Shown in pieces: positions 1 to 12,609 of a stretch of 64,000 nucleotides of DNA. Position 1 is the first letter of the stretch. Each line of letters starts with the position of its first letter. The notes below the pieces were generated by a model. The model was not told the DNA's origin, searched no databases, and saw nothing but the letters and a program-made list of their open reading frames with translations. The stretch is from Atractiella rhizophila (lineage: Eukaryota), in NCBI GenBank assembly GCA_021432655.1, contig MU271395.1:1-64000 (forward strand), given 5' to 3'. The position numbers were made by a program, and so were the translations under genes.

Positions 1-3000
1 TCCTCGAACCATCCGCAAATTCCTGAGCAGCTCGATCCGACTCGATTGCAGCTACATTGGCAATTTCGTGAGCAACATGACGAGCCGTATGCTTCGCCTG
101 TTCCGCTTGGCCTTTGACATGTCCATGCTTCTGCGTCTCGTGCATACCTTGCTGCTGTTCGCGATCTGGATCCCACGGCGCGCTATGGGTGCTATGGGCT
201 TGAGAAGATTTGATTGAATCTCTCGAGCGAACATCGAGGCCTAATTCGCGCGCCTCCATCTCATCCGTGTCAATCCCAAGGTGCTCCCTCATGAGACGGA
301 CTCGAAGCGAGTGAGCAAATCTTCCAACTTGATAAGGACGGCCGCCCATTGTTGACTCCATCATGTCCGTATCGCGAATGACGCAGGCAAGTTCAGAATC
401 GCGGTCGCCACGTTGTGAGCGTTCATTGATGTTAGCGGAGCCGATGATGGCAACCCTGTCGTCAACGACCATGCACTATCAAAAGCCTTAAGTATGGAAA
501 TCCAGGGAGGAGGAGAGGAATGTACCTTGGCATGAATGTAAATCTACATTGTACGCAGGGTCAGTTCAATCAGCTATGGCGGAAAATGGCTCACAGCTTC
601 AGACGTTAAGCAGCCATTCTTCAGCTTGCCCCAACCTCGCAGGCCGAAAAAGGTGATGTACTCATCCGGATCAATACCCTCCTTCCTAAGACGTCCGAAA
701 ATCGAGTGTTGCCCACGGCAGATAGTGCGATTCTGACATTCGAGGATGAGACGGACAGAACCAGCCTCCGCCGAGTCAAGTGAGGCAGGATACCCAGGCT
801 CGAGAGGGATGACGATGATGGCACTACCTCGTGTTATCAGTCGGAATTGTACAACGATACCTGAACTTACCGCCACGCCGTCCCTTCATGATGAGCGCGG
901 ATGATCCTGCTCACCAAAGCATCGCCAATCTTGTTCTCGATAACAACACCTTCCACGAGAGTGGAAGAGATGAAGAATTGATTTTCTGTAGCGTATGGAC
1001 CAGTTAACACGTGAGAAGGGAGGGATCACAGGCATACCGATGTAGACGAAGTGATCGCTAAGTTGGATGGCCTTGATGTAAGCCGTCTGAATGGAATGCT
1101 CCACCTTGTTCGGCGTCCCAATAGACCATGGGCTTGCAGACCGGCAAATTTGAGCTTCGCAGGTACCAAAGATCCTCTTCTGGGCTAACTCGAGAGGTGT
1201 GAAATCTGCAGGAGGGAGGAGGAAAGGCATGAGACGGGTATGATTCTTGGTCCGAAGTAGGTAGTTCCATCTCTGCACAAAATGGCGACAGAGATCCCTT
1301 GCTGGTTGCCCAACAAGCTGGAGCCCAATGTCGTGCCTTAACATTCTATTAGAATATCACCGTTTTGAGGGCGAACTTGCGCACCATGGCTGACGCGGTA
1401 CCTTGTTCCGATCGTACATATCTTCTTCTGGCTTCGAAAGAGTAAAGAAGTCAGAAACTCTCCCGTTCGAATAATCTTTCCCAGTCCAGATTTGAACATC
1501 ATCAGGGATCTCTTCACGCGCCATCCCCATCCCCGTCGGCCCATCATCGATCAGAACGTGACCTGGGGTATCCCACCGTCCAAAACAAAGATCGAGGCCC
1601 CCCATGAATGCAATAGTTTGGTCAATAACGCACATCTTCTCATGCTGAACACGCAACATCCTTATAAGCTGAATCCACACGTGGTATTCAAGAAAACATA
1701 CATGGGACCAGAATTGAGGTGTCAGTCCGTGTGAAGGAGACCGTTGGACGTGAATGTTCCGATGAAGTCCCAAGAGACGCGTTTTGGTATAATTGGACTC
1801 CACAGGCCTGCATAATTTTTTTAAGCATAGATCAGCAGCAGGAACGCGTTGAACATACGTGAAATCATTGGAGACTTCCTTATAGACAATGACGAAGATC
1901 TTCACTCCTTCCTTTGCTTTTCGTTGTAACAAATGATCAAGTCTCCATTTTTCTGTTCATCCATTCAGTCAGTGTCCATCACATATCTCAGATGAAGTCG
2001 CACCATTAGCAGCCGGCGGTCGTCTTAAGTATAGCTCCGGCGAGAGCCACCAATCATGGATACTATCCACCTGATCAGTACTTCGAAGCAAGCGAAAGCG
2101 AGAACGAGAAGGTTAGCCCACTAAATCGATTCCTTAGCCATCAGTATAGCCTTACTGAGGTTCCAAAAGTAATCCCTCCCATCAACCAACCACTGGGCCT
2201 CCACATTCATCCTAATCGGAGCGAACGAATCGAACCTATTCTTCCCCGCCCAAATCGACCTCTTCGCCATCATCTCAATGCTAGCCACAAACTGGTCCAT
2301 CTGCCTCTCATTCTTCGCCACCAGTCTCAGACGACGTTCCGAGTTCTTCACGTAAAAGGTATGGGACGACGCGTCTCGAACCGCCTTCTTCTTCGCCGGC
2401 GCCGAGTTCGTGGTGGAAGGATCCGCGGGATCCTCTGCACCGTTGAAGGTGGCGGAGTCGCCCGGCTTCCCTGTGGCGACTGGACTGGTGCTGGTAGTCG
2501 CTGTGTCGGACTTCAAATCTTCCGTGAACGGAGTCGTCTTCTCGTCCTTGTGGTGCTGCAACAAATGGAGACCTTGCTTGTACAATCGCTTGGGGCGTTC
2601 AATGACGAAATCCGAGTCGATGAGAATGACATCGTAAATCGTCGGCTATCAATCATCATTTACCTATTCAAATACGTTCACGCAAAAAAGGAAAGGAACG
2701 CACGTCGTCTGGTTCGTCCACGCAAACGATATAGCTCTCCCTGACCAGAAACCATTTCGGCTCGTGCTTCTTCTTGAAGTGCATCGGATGAAAACCCTTC
2801 AATCCCTTCCTCGAGATCCCACTCCCACTTCCACCCGAAACGTGGAGGGATAAATAGCCCTGTTTGCCCTGGAACGCCCCAGCTCCAGCGGTTGCGAGCT
2901 GTATGGACAGTGCGGAGATCTCGAGGAATTTGCAGAGACGGTTGGCTTCAGGACGGAACATCTGCATGCAACATCATCATTACCTGTCGTGGTGAAAATG

Positions 3001-4679
3001 GAGAAGAAAAGAGTGCTTACGACAGCGCGGATGAGCTTCAAGAGGTAATTCTCCAACCTTTCCCTCTGAATTCTATTGAATTTCTCCTTACTGATCTCCT
3101 TCCCACCCATCCCCATCTCCTGCATATGCTTCTCCCTCTCCTCTTCATCTTCATCTCCTCCTCCGCCTCCTCCACCCTTCAACAAATTCCAATACGGCAG
3201 ACCGATCTTCGGGAACGCTGGCAAGTTCGGAATCTCATGTCTCAAGTTCGCGACCTTATACCTCCCATGAAGGTTCCAAAAGTCGGCCATCTCCCTATAA
3301 ACGACCCACTTCAAGAGCCCATCTCCATACTCGAGTTCGATGCGAAAGACGGCATGTTGTTGGCTCAAAGAGTGCGCGCTATCCGTGATCCTAAGCTTGA
3401 GATAATTCATGAGGATCGGTATCCTCTTCTTATTGTGCTCGTCCCTATCCGTCAGACTCATCTTCAACATCGCAAGCGGCAACAGGGGTACGGTGAGGTC
3501 AGTGAGGAGGTTTTCGCCCGAGAGGAAGGCGGAGGGGTCATCCTTATTGTCGATATGTTGGCTCCACCTCTCCGGTCCAAACCTCTGTCTGATAGCGCTC
3601 CATCCCACCCTTCCAGCCCCCGTCCTCTCCTTTCCAACTGCACCAGAGTCCTTTGAATTCTGCCTCGAATCCCGATCCGCCTTCGGTGATCCCTTTGGAG
3701 AACCGGGTTGAGACCCAGCTCCGGTTTGGCCGGGGAGGATGGGACCGTGCAAGTGGTCTTCTGGTTCTTCACTCAATATCCTCGTCAACAGATTCCCTTC
3801 TCCCTCTCCACCAGCACCAGCACCACCAGCACCAGCACCAGCGCCGCCAGACGAGATGGCATCTCCCTCCGTTGCCCTCCTCGCACCCGCACCCACACCC
3901 GCACCTCTTCCCATATCCGCACTCTCCCCCGACGCCATCCTGACCGGGGCCGTACCCAAATGGCTCCGTCTCCTTGCATCGCTCCCGCTCCCGCTCCCAC
4001 CGCCGTGTCCTCCATGTCCCCACACATTGACCAACGAGCTCTTCCTCCTGCTCGGAGTCGAAATCAACGGCACATCGCCGTACCGCAAGATGTGGGACCC
4101 CCGTTCGCTGTCGGCGCGCGTGAAGGGACCGCGCATGGGGGATGGGGCGCCGGGCGAGAAGGGGGAGAAGGGAGAGGGGGACGGGGTGGTGGCGGATGGG
4201 GGGATGAGAGAGGAGAGGGCGGAGATGTGGGAGGGACGAGGAGATGAGGGTGAGGTGGTTGTGGGGATGGAGAGGGAAAGGGGTGATGGTGATTGAGCCA
4301 TCTTTGGCGCAGACGCAGATGTAGATGCAGATGCCAAGGCAGAACCTGAACCTAACGGACCAGTGCCTGGACTAGGCGACGAGAAGTAATCGACAGCCTT
4401 CCCCTTTCCCTTCCCATCCACACCCTCCTTCCCCTTCCCAGAAGATTGTCCACCACGATCACCAACGTGCAAACTCGCACCTCTCTCCTCCTCAGAAACG
4501 CTGGGCAGGGGAGGACTCGCCTTCTTCTCCTTCTCCTTCGAACTCGAACTTTCAGCTGGACTCCGCTGAGATTCCCCAGAAGTGCGCCCAGCCGAATCCT
4601 GCGACTTTCGCTGCTTCATGAACGTGTTGACCACCTCCGCCACGCCCACTTTGGCGTTTGCGCTCGCCACACCCGACAT
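1..4679 (-). CDS. SPO14: Phospholipase D1 (PX-PH-HKD-HKD), multi-exon, 3' end outside the window
   Basis: PX-like segment FRIELEYGDGLLKWVVYRE, PH-like segment KWFLVRESYIVCVD, RFDSFAPIR..WLVDGRDYFWNLSKA, first HKD motif HEKMCVIDQTIAFMGGLDLCFGRWDT, and second HKD spliced from IYIHAK (526-543) + CMVVDDRVAIIGSANINERSQRGDRDSE. Confidence 0.95.
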
Positions 4680-5508
4680 GCTGTCGATGCTTCTTGGCTA
4701 ACAAGTGGAAGTTAGATGCGTTAGGCGGTGGATGGGAGGGGTTGGTGGTTTCTTTTGGATTTGAGAGAAATGAAAAGGGAGTAAGCTGGGGATAACAGTG
4801 GATCGATAGACAACAGTAGACGCAAGAAGCAAGAATAGCTGTGTCAATGTCAATGTTGGAGCGGAGCAAACAATCCGTGAGATTCAGAGAGTGCATGACG
4901 ATGCAGATCCCAGATAAGGTTGGAGCACCTGAACAACCTGACAAACTTCACAAGCCTGACCAGCTAAACAAGCAACTGAGCAGAAGAGCAGCCTATTCCA
5001 GCGTTGTTGCCTGTCTTATACGCTGTACCTTCAGCAGACGTTTTTAGAATTTACAGCGAGACTGGCAGCAGACTCTCTTATTTGAGCGATCTCACTGCTA
5101 AGAAGACCCATATCAAGTAAGTCGTTCACCTTCTAGGAGGAGAGGATGGGTGTGGACACTCCTTTCAGACTCAAAAATAGCATTGTCATAGCTGAAAGAG
5201 CGAAAGTTTCGTGATTACATTTGCCTATTCACTTCGCTTCATTTCTGGTCTTCTCATGCCATCCATTCTTTTTCCTTCATGCGATGGTGTAGGCTGTAGA
5301 CTCGCTCTTACTGTTCAAATAACGCTCAACTTCTGGGATGAGTTTGCAGAGCTAAATGCTGATTGCGAACCTTGTTTACATGATGACCAGATAACGCGTG
5401 CCAGAGTTGCATCTCTTCCTTTCTCCGTGAAACAATATGTGACATATTTGTACAAACCACACTTCAACAGCATTAGACTGATGAGCCCCTCTTTCCAGGA
5501 ACGACAAC

Positions 5509-6555
5509 ATGACGCCACCTCCTCTACCCGCACAAATGCGACACACGACCCCACCCCTCGACTCTCCCGCCTACTATTCCGACGTCGCGACCTCCGACTA
5601 CTCCTCCACCACCAGCACCTCTCCCACCTCCCCCTCCTTCCCCCATCTCCAACTCAACGGTATCCCCTCCTCCTCCATCATCGTCTCCAACCGCGGAAAC
5701 AAAGTGAAGCGAACCCACTCAACCGGCCAACGAGCGCACCTCCCCAAACGCTTCAAAACCGCCACCGAGACCTCCCACCCCCCCATCCTCTCCACCTCTC
5801 TCGGCGCGCCCATGCTCGAAACCAGCTACGGATCGATGATGCGACCCGACGGACGAGTGTCCAAGACGCTCGGAAAGAAGGGAGGGCGGAAGCTGGAGGC
5901 GTTGGCTCTTGGACTGGTCGGGCTGGTGGAGAATGAGAGACCGCTGATGAGGGCTTTGGGGAGGACGGTGGATGTTTTGGAGGGCGGGAAACATTTGGGG
6001 AAGGTTTGGACTTGGAGGTCGGCTGAGGAGATGGAGGGCGAACGAGCGGAGGGGGACGAGAAGGATGGATTGGTCCCGGAGGACAATAAGGAACCGTCAC
6101 CATCCACCTCAGCTCCTCCTCCTCCTCCTTTGGAGCCCGAAAGACTAATAAACCCCGACCTGCTCCTAAAAGACGTCTTCGTCTCCCCCCACCCCGTCTC
6201 CCTCGACTTCCAACAAGTGAATCCCACCACAGGCGAGACGTCCGTGGTGCAGAAGGAAGTGGGAGAAGAGGAGCAGCTCGAGTTGGCGAAGGAGGCGATC
6301 AGGGAGCTGGTCGCGTTTTTTGGGGAGGGGAGGGAGTTGGAGGAGAGGACGGGGGAGATGAGAGCGGGCGTTTTGGAGGTGGAGAGGAGGAGGAGGGCCA
6401 TCGGGTTCGTCCCTTCCCTTTTTGGATTTCTTTTTGGCTTTTGGTGTGCCTGTGCGGTGTGGAGGGAGGATGAAAATGTGCCTGATGCCTGGTGTGGTGT
6501 GGATAGGAATGTGGGACGGTTGCTGGTGAAGGATGCCGAGGCGGATTTCAAGTGA
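5509..6555 (+). CDS. RXT2: Rxt2-like protein (putative Rpd3L histone deacetylase complex subunit)
   Basis: SNRGNKVKR resembles the RXT2_N NRGNKL motif. The helical segments LVENERPLMRAL and ELEERTGEMRAGVLEVERRRRAI sit in the expected order. A probable intron lies near 6405-6507. Assignment is from recall only. Confidence 0.55.
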   Translation: MTPPPLPAQMRHTTPPLDSPAYYSDVATSDYSSTTSTSPTSPSFPHLQLNGIPSSSIIVSNRGNKVKRTHSTGQRAHLPKRFKTATETSHPPILSTSLGAPMLETSYGSMMRPDGRVSKTLGKKGGRKLEALALGLVGLVENERPLMRALGRTVDVLEGGKHLGKVWTWRSAEEMEGERAEGDEKDGLVPEDNKEPSPSTSAPPPPPLEPERLINPDLLLKDVFVSPHPVSLDFQQVNPTTGETSVVQKEVGEEEQLELAKEAIRELVAFFGEGRELEERTGEMRAGVLEVERRRRAIGFVPSLFGFLFGFWCACAVWREDENVPDAWCGVDRNVGRLLVKDAEADFK

Positions 6556-8529
6556 CTGAAAGTTTAGGGGAGACAGTATGTCCCTCCGTCCTCAAAGAGT
6601 CCAAATGCCAAATTGCTGAGACAGCGATGTGAAGGTTTACTCTTTCTCTTGTCAATGCATCTCTTCTGTTGCCTTTCGCTCTCCATCGCTATTCTTAACC
6701 CTGTGACTCTCCCGACCGACACAAAGCCGATCATTGATTGAAGTCAGAGAGAGCGCCCAACCTGAGATTGAGAAAGCGGGACTGGACTGTGGTGGGCAAA
6801 GTGTGTAAGGAGCTCGCGTTCGTGTTTTACAACATGAGTGAGATCTAGTGAGGTTCGCGATTTCGTCGAGTGTGAGAACTCCTTCCGCTTTTCAGCTTAC
6901 TGTAACGCCCAACCCAAATTGTTTATTGTCTGGAGACGGTGTTTGCATTCTCAATGTGTTCTTTTGTTCTTTTCGCCGCCCAAAGTGTCGGGATCTATCG
7001 GGTGGAGGGTTCTTTGGCTGGCACGCAGAAAGAGCATCAATGTTCGCTTGTGCACCACACTTTGGGCAAGTGCAATTGTGAACAATGCACTTGATTGTCG
7101 TGGGCTAATGTTGATTGCTTACGTGAATAAACAATCTCGACGTTCGCGACCGACCGCATTAACCTGTAGCCTCACAGCTATCGATGCGTTCACTTTCCAT
7201 CCATGTCCGTCTGCTACCTTCGTCAGCTTATGTAAAACCCAGAGTGAACCAAGTGAGCTTCCCGATTGCTGCCGATGTTGCATTCTCAGTTGTGTATGTT
7301 TATCAATAATAATGCCCTGTTTCACGTGTGAGAGATGAGGAGGGCCGACGAGGTCTGGGCTGCACAAATTTCAAAGGTGCAAACTACAGTATGCAACTTC
7401 TTCGACTGTTGCCTCGGAATGAATTGATGTAGTGTAAACAACCCAGCGCTTCGGAATTTGTTTGAGCTAGAGAGCCTCCCACCGTAAAAGTTGCAGGGCC
7501 AGGTCTCCCATTTACCGAGTGCACCAAAGTGGCTATCTCAGCCTGCCAGCGTGCAATTGGAACCTCGTTCTTGGGGTTTGCGGCGACATTGACAGCTGAA
7601 CGGCGCAGCGGGCCAAACAAGTGCAAGCCGGAAGTTTTGAAGCAACATAACAAGCCGACTGTATTGCATCGTTCATCAGATCGTACGAAGGGGACGGACC
7701 TCACGGAGCCAAATAGAGAGTGCGAGACTTTCAAGCTGACATTTGCGACTCGAACTTTGCATTGATCTTGATCAGAACCAATGGAACCATCGAAATTTCG
7801 ACATAATTCCCCGCATGCCACACCCTGTCAATACCCTGTCAAACCTCCCGACTGTGGGGAGCTACGGTGGTTGTATGGATGCGAATCACCTCCTGGTCAT
7901 GAGGTTCCACCTGGTTCGCCGTCAGCCTCGTTCGCCCCGTGCTGAGAGGAAAGGGAATGTGACGCACCTGTCCACTGATATTTAAGAGGGATGGGAGTAG
8001 CCAATTCCCAACCATCTCGAGCATACCGCTCCAACCTCCTACTTTCAACGTGATCAACTTCATCCAGCAATTAATCCAACAACATGCCCATTGACTTCAG
8101 TCTCCGCTGCGATCCATGGTAAGTTGGCTCTGACTTGAAAATTAACTCGCTGAAGAGACCGCACCAGGCGCGCTCCGACTCGTCCATTAAACATACCTCC
8201 CTTCCAATCATCTGCGCGGCCTCCCATGCGCCGCTCAACCTTGCATCCAGCACAAAACGTCCCCTTCTCCTCATCGAACGTGCTTGCACAGCGAATTCAA
8301 AATGAAATCACGACTACAGCGAGCGTTATCCAACTCTTTCTCCCACTCAAATCCATGAAATCGTAGCGAAGAAGTACGGGCTACCAACTGTTCGCGCGAT
8401 GGATGAAGTTGAAGGGTCGAGCGGGAACCCTTATTGCGACCTTTTGGATCAACGTCCTTCATTGATAGCCGACGGGCCTCCATCCCTCATCACCTTCGAA
8501 CCGCCTTTCCTGCCGTCCCTCATCCTGGC

Positions 8530-9223
8530 ATGCCCTATCCTGCGGAAGGATATGAAGAATATGAGGAATATGAAGGATGTGAAGAAGAATTTGGCGGCTA
8601 TCAGATGGAGGATGACCAGAATGAACCGATCCTGGACGACCGTATAGGTGCAATGCCTCGGGGACGTTCGCTGTCTCGTTCGCCATCTCTCGAGAGTATG
8701 TACTTCGCTGCGAGTTTACAACTCCTCATTGTGCCGATAGGATTGCCTCATCCATTGCAACAAGCGCAAGCCCGCGCTCCAAGTCTTAGCCGATCTTCAA
8801 CAAGCAGTTCATCTGGTATGTTACTTCTCCCTGTCGACATGCTAGAGATTGCTGACCAGCTATGTAATGTCAGGATCAGGGCGTATGCCTATGCACAGGC
8901 AGCCTCCCAGACATTCTCCTCCCCCCATCCCCATGAATCAAAAGCCACTGCCGCGCCAAAATCACCCCTCTCGCCCAGCGCCACCTCCACCATCCCACAA
9001 CCCTGTACAACGCTCCCGCCCGCTCGCTGGAGTGCCCACCAATATTCCTCAGGGAAGAAGGGCGCCGCCCGGAGCCCGCGCCCCACCTCCACATGGACTG
9101 CATGGGATGAGCGAGAGGGAGCGAGTCATGGCTGCTGATGCTTTGGAGGACGTTGAGGAAGAAATTCATGTGAGGGGGCGGAGAAACCATCCCGGGGGAG
9201 GGAGAAAATCCCGCCTGAGATGA
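8530..9223 (+). CDS. Small low-complexity hypothetical protein (acidic N-terminus, Ser/Pro/Arg-rich)
   Basis: ATG at 8530 (MPYPAEGYEEYEEY). ORFs 8434-9138 and 8849-9223 can be joined through GT-AG introns near 8697-8740 and 8816-8873. Confidence 0.4.
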
Positions 9224-10144
9224 GAGCTTTCCTGGGCGAGAGAACGGGAATGAAATTCTGAGTTCAGAAGCCTGAACTTCATGAACATCGTAACATATGT
9301 ATTGTAATTCGTATTTTCGGGCCGTGGGGTTGTTTCAAGTTGTGTAACATGTAATCGTCGACATTGTTGAAATACAAAATGGACTTCCTGTGTGTACCCT
9401 CAGCTCGAATCCAGAGTACGAAAAAATTGATGCCGAACCGGGATATTTTAGCTTCTACTGCGCACAATGGCATTCCATAAGTAGTTAAGTTCACCTGGCT
9501 CCAGAATACATCCATCATGATGAAGACCTTGATGAAGAAGATCAGCATTCTCATCCGCTACTACCGTTTACTACTACTAATAATTGTTAGATGAGGAAGA
9601 TTGGCGAGTGGTGCCGCAGACTTGTTTTGACTGTTGTTCCGAAGCCCAGAGCATAGGCTGGACGCATTAAAAGACGTCTCGTTTCCTTTGTCTTTTTCCC
9701 AACCACTCTATTGTTTCTTTACTTATTCCTCTTGTATCGTGGTGGGGACCGGGGAACCAGAGACAATTTGCAGGGACCAATTTTTCACAGTAATTTTATT
9801 TCTGAACGAGAGATTCATGGTCCTTATGGATAATTTTCAGCACTGAATTCAGAGTGAGTTACTAAACTATGCAGACAATTTAAAATTGTTGATTGACGAT
9901 GATTCCATGCATGCAACAAAGAATTTCATTGTGCAGTCCCGGCACGATTGAAACAAAGTCTCCCTCTTTGAAAGGACTACAGTAACAAAGGCATGCTCCT
10001 TTTGTTTCGAAGCTCGCTACACATAACCTTTGGCGCATATATAATGTAAGCAACATATCCAACGTGCGATTTACCTGATTAACTGGCTTAGTATAGTACC
10101 TGCCATCCCATACATATCATTATTAGGCGAAATTACCAGTTCTC

Positions 10145-12162
10145 ATGCGGCCTTCGCGAAGGAGACTTCGAGCTTTGGAGGTGCATGCAGATGCAGGCTC
10201 TCGTCGAGCAGTTCGGCGCGTCGTGAGTTCGTCACAGTCAGATTTGCTTGAGGAGATTGTCAAGAATGCTCTTGAAAATCCCAATCAAGGTCGTAGCTTG
10301 CGGTCACAAAGTCATTCCAGACAAACGTTGTTGAAGGGCACAGAAGCCTCCAATCTTACCCCTTCTCAACTACGTGGGCTGAAAGTGAAACAATTGAAGG
10401 TAGGAAAAAGGAGTCGCTACTGGAGTATCTGAGCCTCTTAATTCTGAGCAGTTTCCCAACGCCAAAGTGCATCGTTTACGAGTAGGCGATACACCCAGCT
10501 CTGAGATGAGCCTGACTTGTTGCTTTTAGCAACTTCTGAGAGAAGAATCGCTTTCAACGGCAGGACAAAAGAACGTCCTTATTGCAAGATTGAAGGCACA
10601 TTACATGTCTTTGAAGGTGGTAGAACTGAAGGTCCGTTTCACCGGGTCTTCTTAATTGTAAGCCTGATACACTGTCCAGGAAATTTTGAGCCGCTATACG
10701 AGTGACGTCTCGGGAAAAAAGCAAGATCTAGCAATTCGTTTGATTGAGAGAGCAACTTCGCCAGGAGTGCCAGACAATGCCATATCTGGTGTGCTGTGTG
10801 CATTCCCAAAGTGTCTCGCGATTCAACTCACTCTCTAGATGTCATGTACAAACCAAGCGGAGACGTCGGCACTCTTCCACCATCGGTACCAATACACTTC
10901 CCTTCGTCAGAGAAGACTGCCGTTCGCTTTAGCCTCATTGATCCGACAGACCTTCTTCACAACAGTTATGTCAGAGAGTACCTTTCTCGTCAGCCAGAGG
11001 AACTCCCCACCCTCGATGGTCGCAATCATTCCTCAGCCAAGCCTATTATCAACGTGGAAAAATGGGATGATGATCACGTCAAAGCATGTCGCGTAGTTCC
11101 CATTCCGAATCTACCTCTGGAGAGCGTACTTCCCGAAAGCAATTTTCACCTTACTGACGGTGCGGCATTGTTCTCTTCTTCAACTAGAAAGGCTGATGTG
11201 CTGGGTAGCCCAGCAAGTCTATGTTGATGATTTCGCACAGCCAACGCTTGAGGATCTGCGGAATCCAAAAAATCGCCTGAAGCTTGTCGATAACAACTTT
11301 CGGAGTGCGCTGCAGGCACTATCATACTGCATGAGCTTTGAAGAGATAGGAGAGTCTCGTGGTCGAGCACTTTTAGGCACAGTCATGGAGCCTATCTTCC
11401 AGCTCTTGTGTGAATCTTCCAAAACAAGCTTCACTTTCTCGACCTCGTATGTACTTCCTCCGATTCTGGCGCGCGAACTAAGGTGGTTCGCAGTCAATAT
11501 GGCATCAAAAGAGGAGGACGAACGTTCTCACTTGGTGGCATGAACTACAACGTTCCTCGAAACCTGGAGATCCAGTTGAGGGAACATAAAGAGAAGGAGA
11601 AGTGTGGTGTCCCTGTGGCAGGACTAATTTCGAGGGTATGCCTTTAAACCCCCGCTTAGGCCGTTAATTGCTTCCTCTAGCATCCAAAGCCTTTTTCTTT
11701 AGCAGGTGCCTCGAATTCAGATGTGCAGGATGTTTCTAGCCCAAACTATGGAGAGGAAATTGGAATAATGCTGTCTCAGGTAACACAAAATGTCAAGGAG
11801 TATGGAATGCAGGACCAAGAGGTGCATTCTCAGCTTTGTCTGATATGAGCTCACACTATATTCACTAGGCATATATCATTGCTTTGACGCATACACGACT
11901 CCATGTTTCTGCTGCTTTCTTCCCTCAAGACCATATGATCACTGCCACCACCACGCCCGTTTTTCCCCGCAACCGTTTCATTTATCTCTTCCAAAGCGAG
12001 GGGTACGAGTTGGGAACGCAGGAAGGGAGACGTGCGGCAGCAAAGTCCTTGTTTGCGCTTACAAAGTTCTGGTTATCTGGCGAAGCCAGAGTCGCTCGCT
12101 TGAACAGACTTTTAGCGCCTATCCGTAGGGGTGATGATAATGTTGAAACTAATGTTTCCTAA
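10145..12162 (+). CDS. Multi-exon hypothetical protein of an unassigned fungal family
   Basis: Chain of + strand ORFs separated by intron-like GT..AG spacers. The globular C-terminus reads GEEIGIMLSQ..QDQE|AYIIALTHTRLHVSAAFFPQD..GYELGTQEGRRAAAKSLFAL. Confidence 0.55.
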
Positions 12163-12609
12163 CGGTATCATTAGCTAGAATCGTAATATAGCGCCAGGCT
12201 TCCTATAATTCTGATGTTCTTGTTATTCTCCCCCCACAGTTTCATGGCAAAATGCACGACTTGACCAAGTATTAATTGAAGATCCGTAACCCTGCGGTGT
12301 TGTCGGATCTTTTATCAGTTTCACTGTCCTACAAAGCGGCCTCACTTCTCTATTTAGAACTCATCTTATTCCTTATTATCTTACTTCGCTCTCACATCAG
12401 AAAGCGCCGCAAGAATCGAGTAAGTTCCCCGGGCCTTAAAGCGCCGCCTGTAAGGAGATTCTCCTAGTTCTAATGAGAACATAACTTGAAGAAGCGTCAT
12501 ATTCTGAAGCAAGCTATTGTGATGTATTACCACCGCTAGGTAGTTAATTCGCCAAAGATGCCAAGAAAGGCACATAAAAGTATGTATCCTGAGTGAGAGA
12601 GAAAGCGAT

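Noticed and set aside
2361..4296. Long + strand ORFs antisense to PLD, and similar shadow ORFs opposite other genes
   Set aside because: Explained by GC-rich, low-complexity codon usage on the coding strand. They contain no recognisable motifs.
12170..12600. Mild TpA enrichment as a second RIP-like tract
   Set aside because: CpA and TpG remain common, and the region is a convergent 3' intergenic space where AT-richness is expected.
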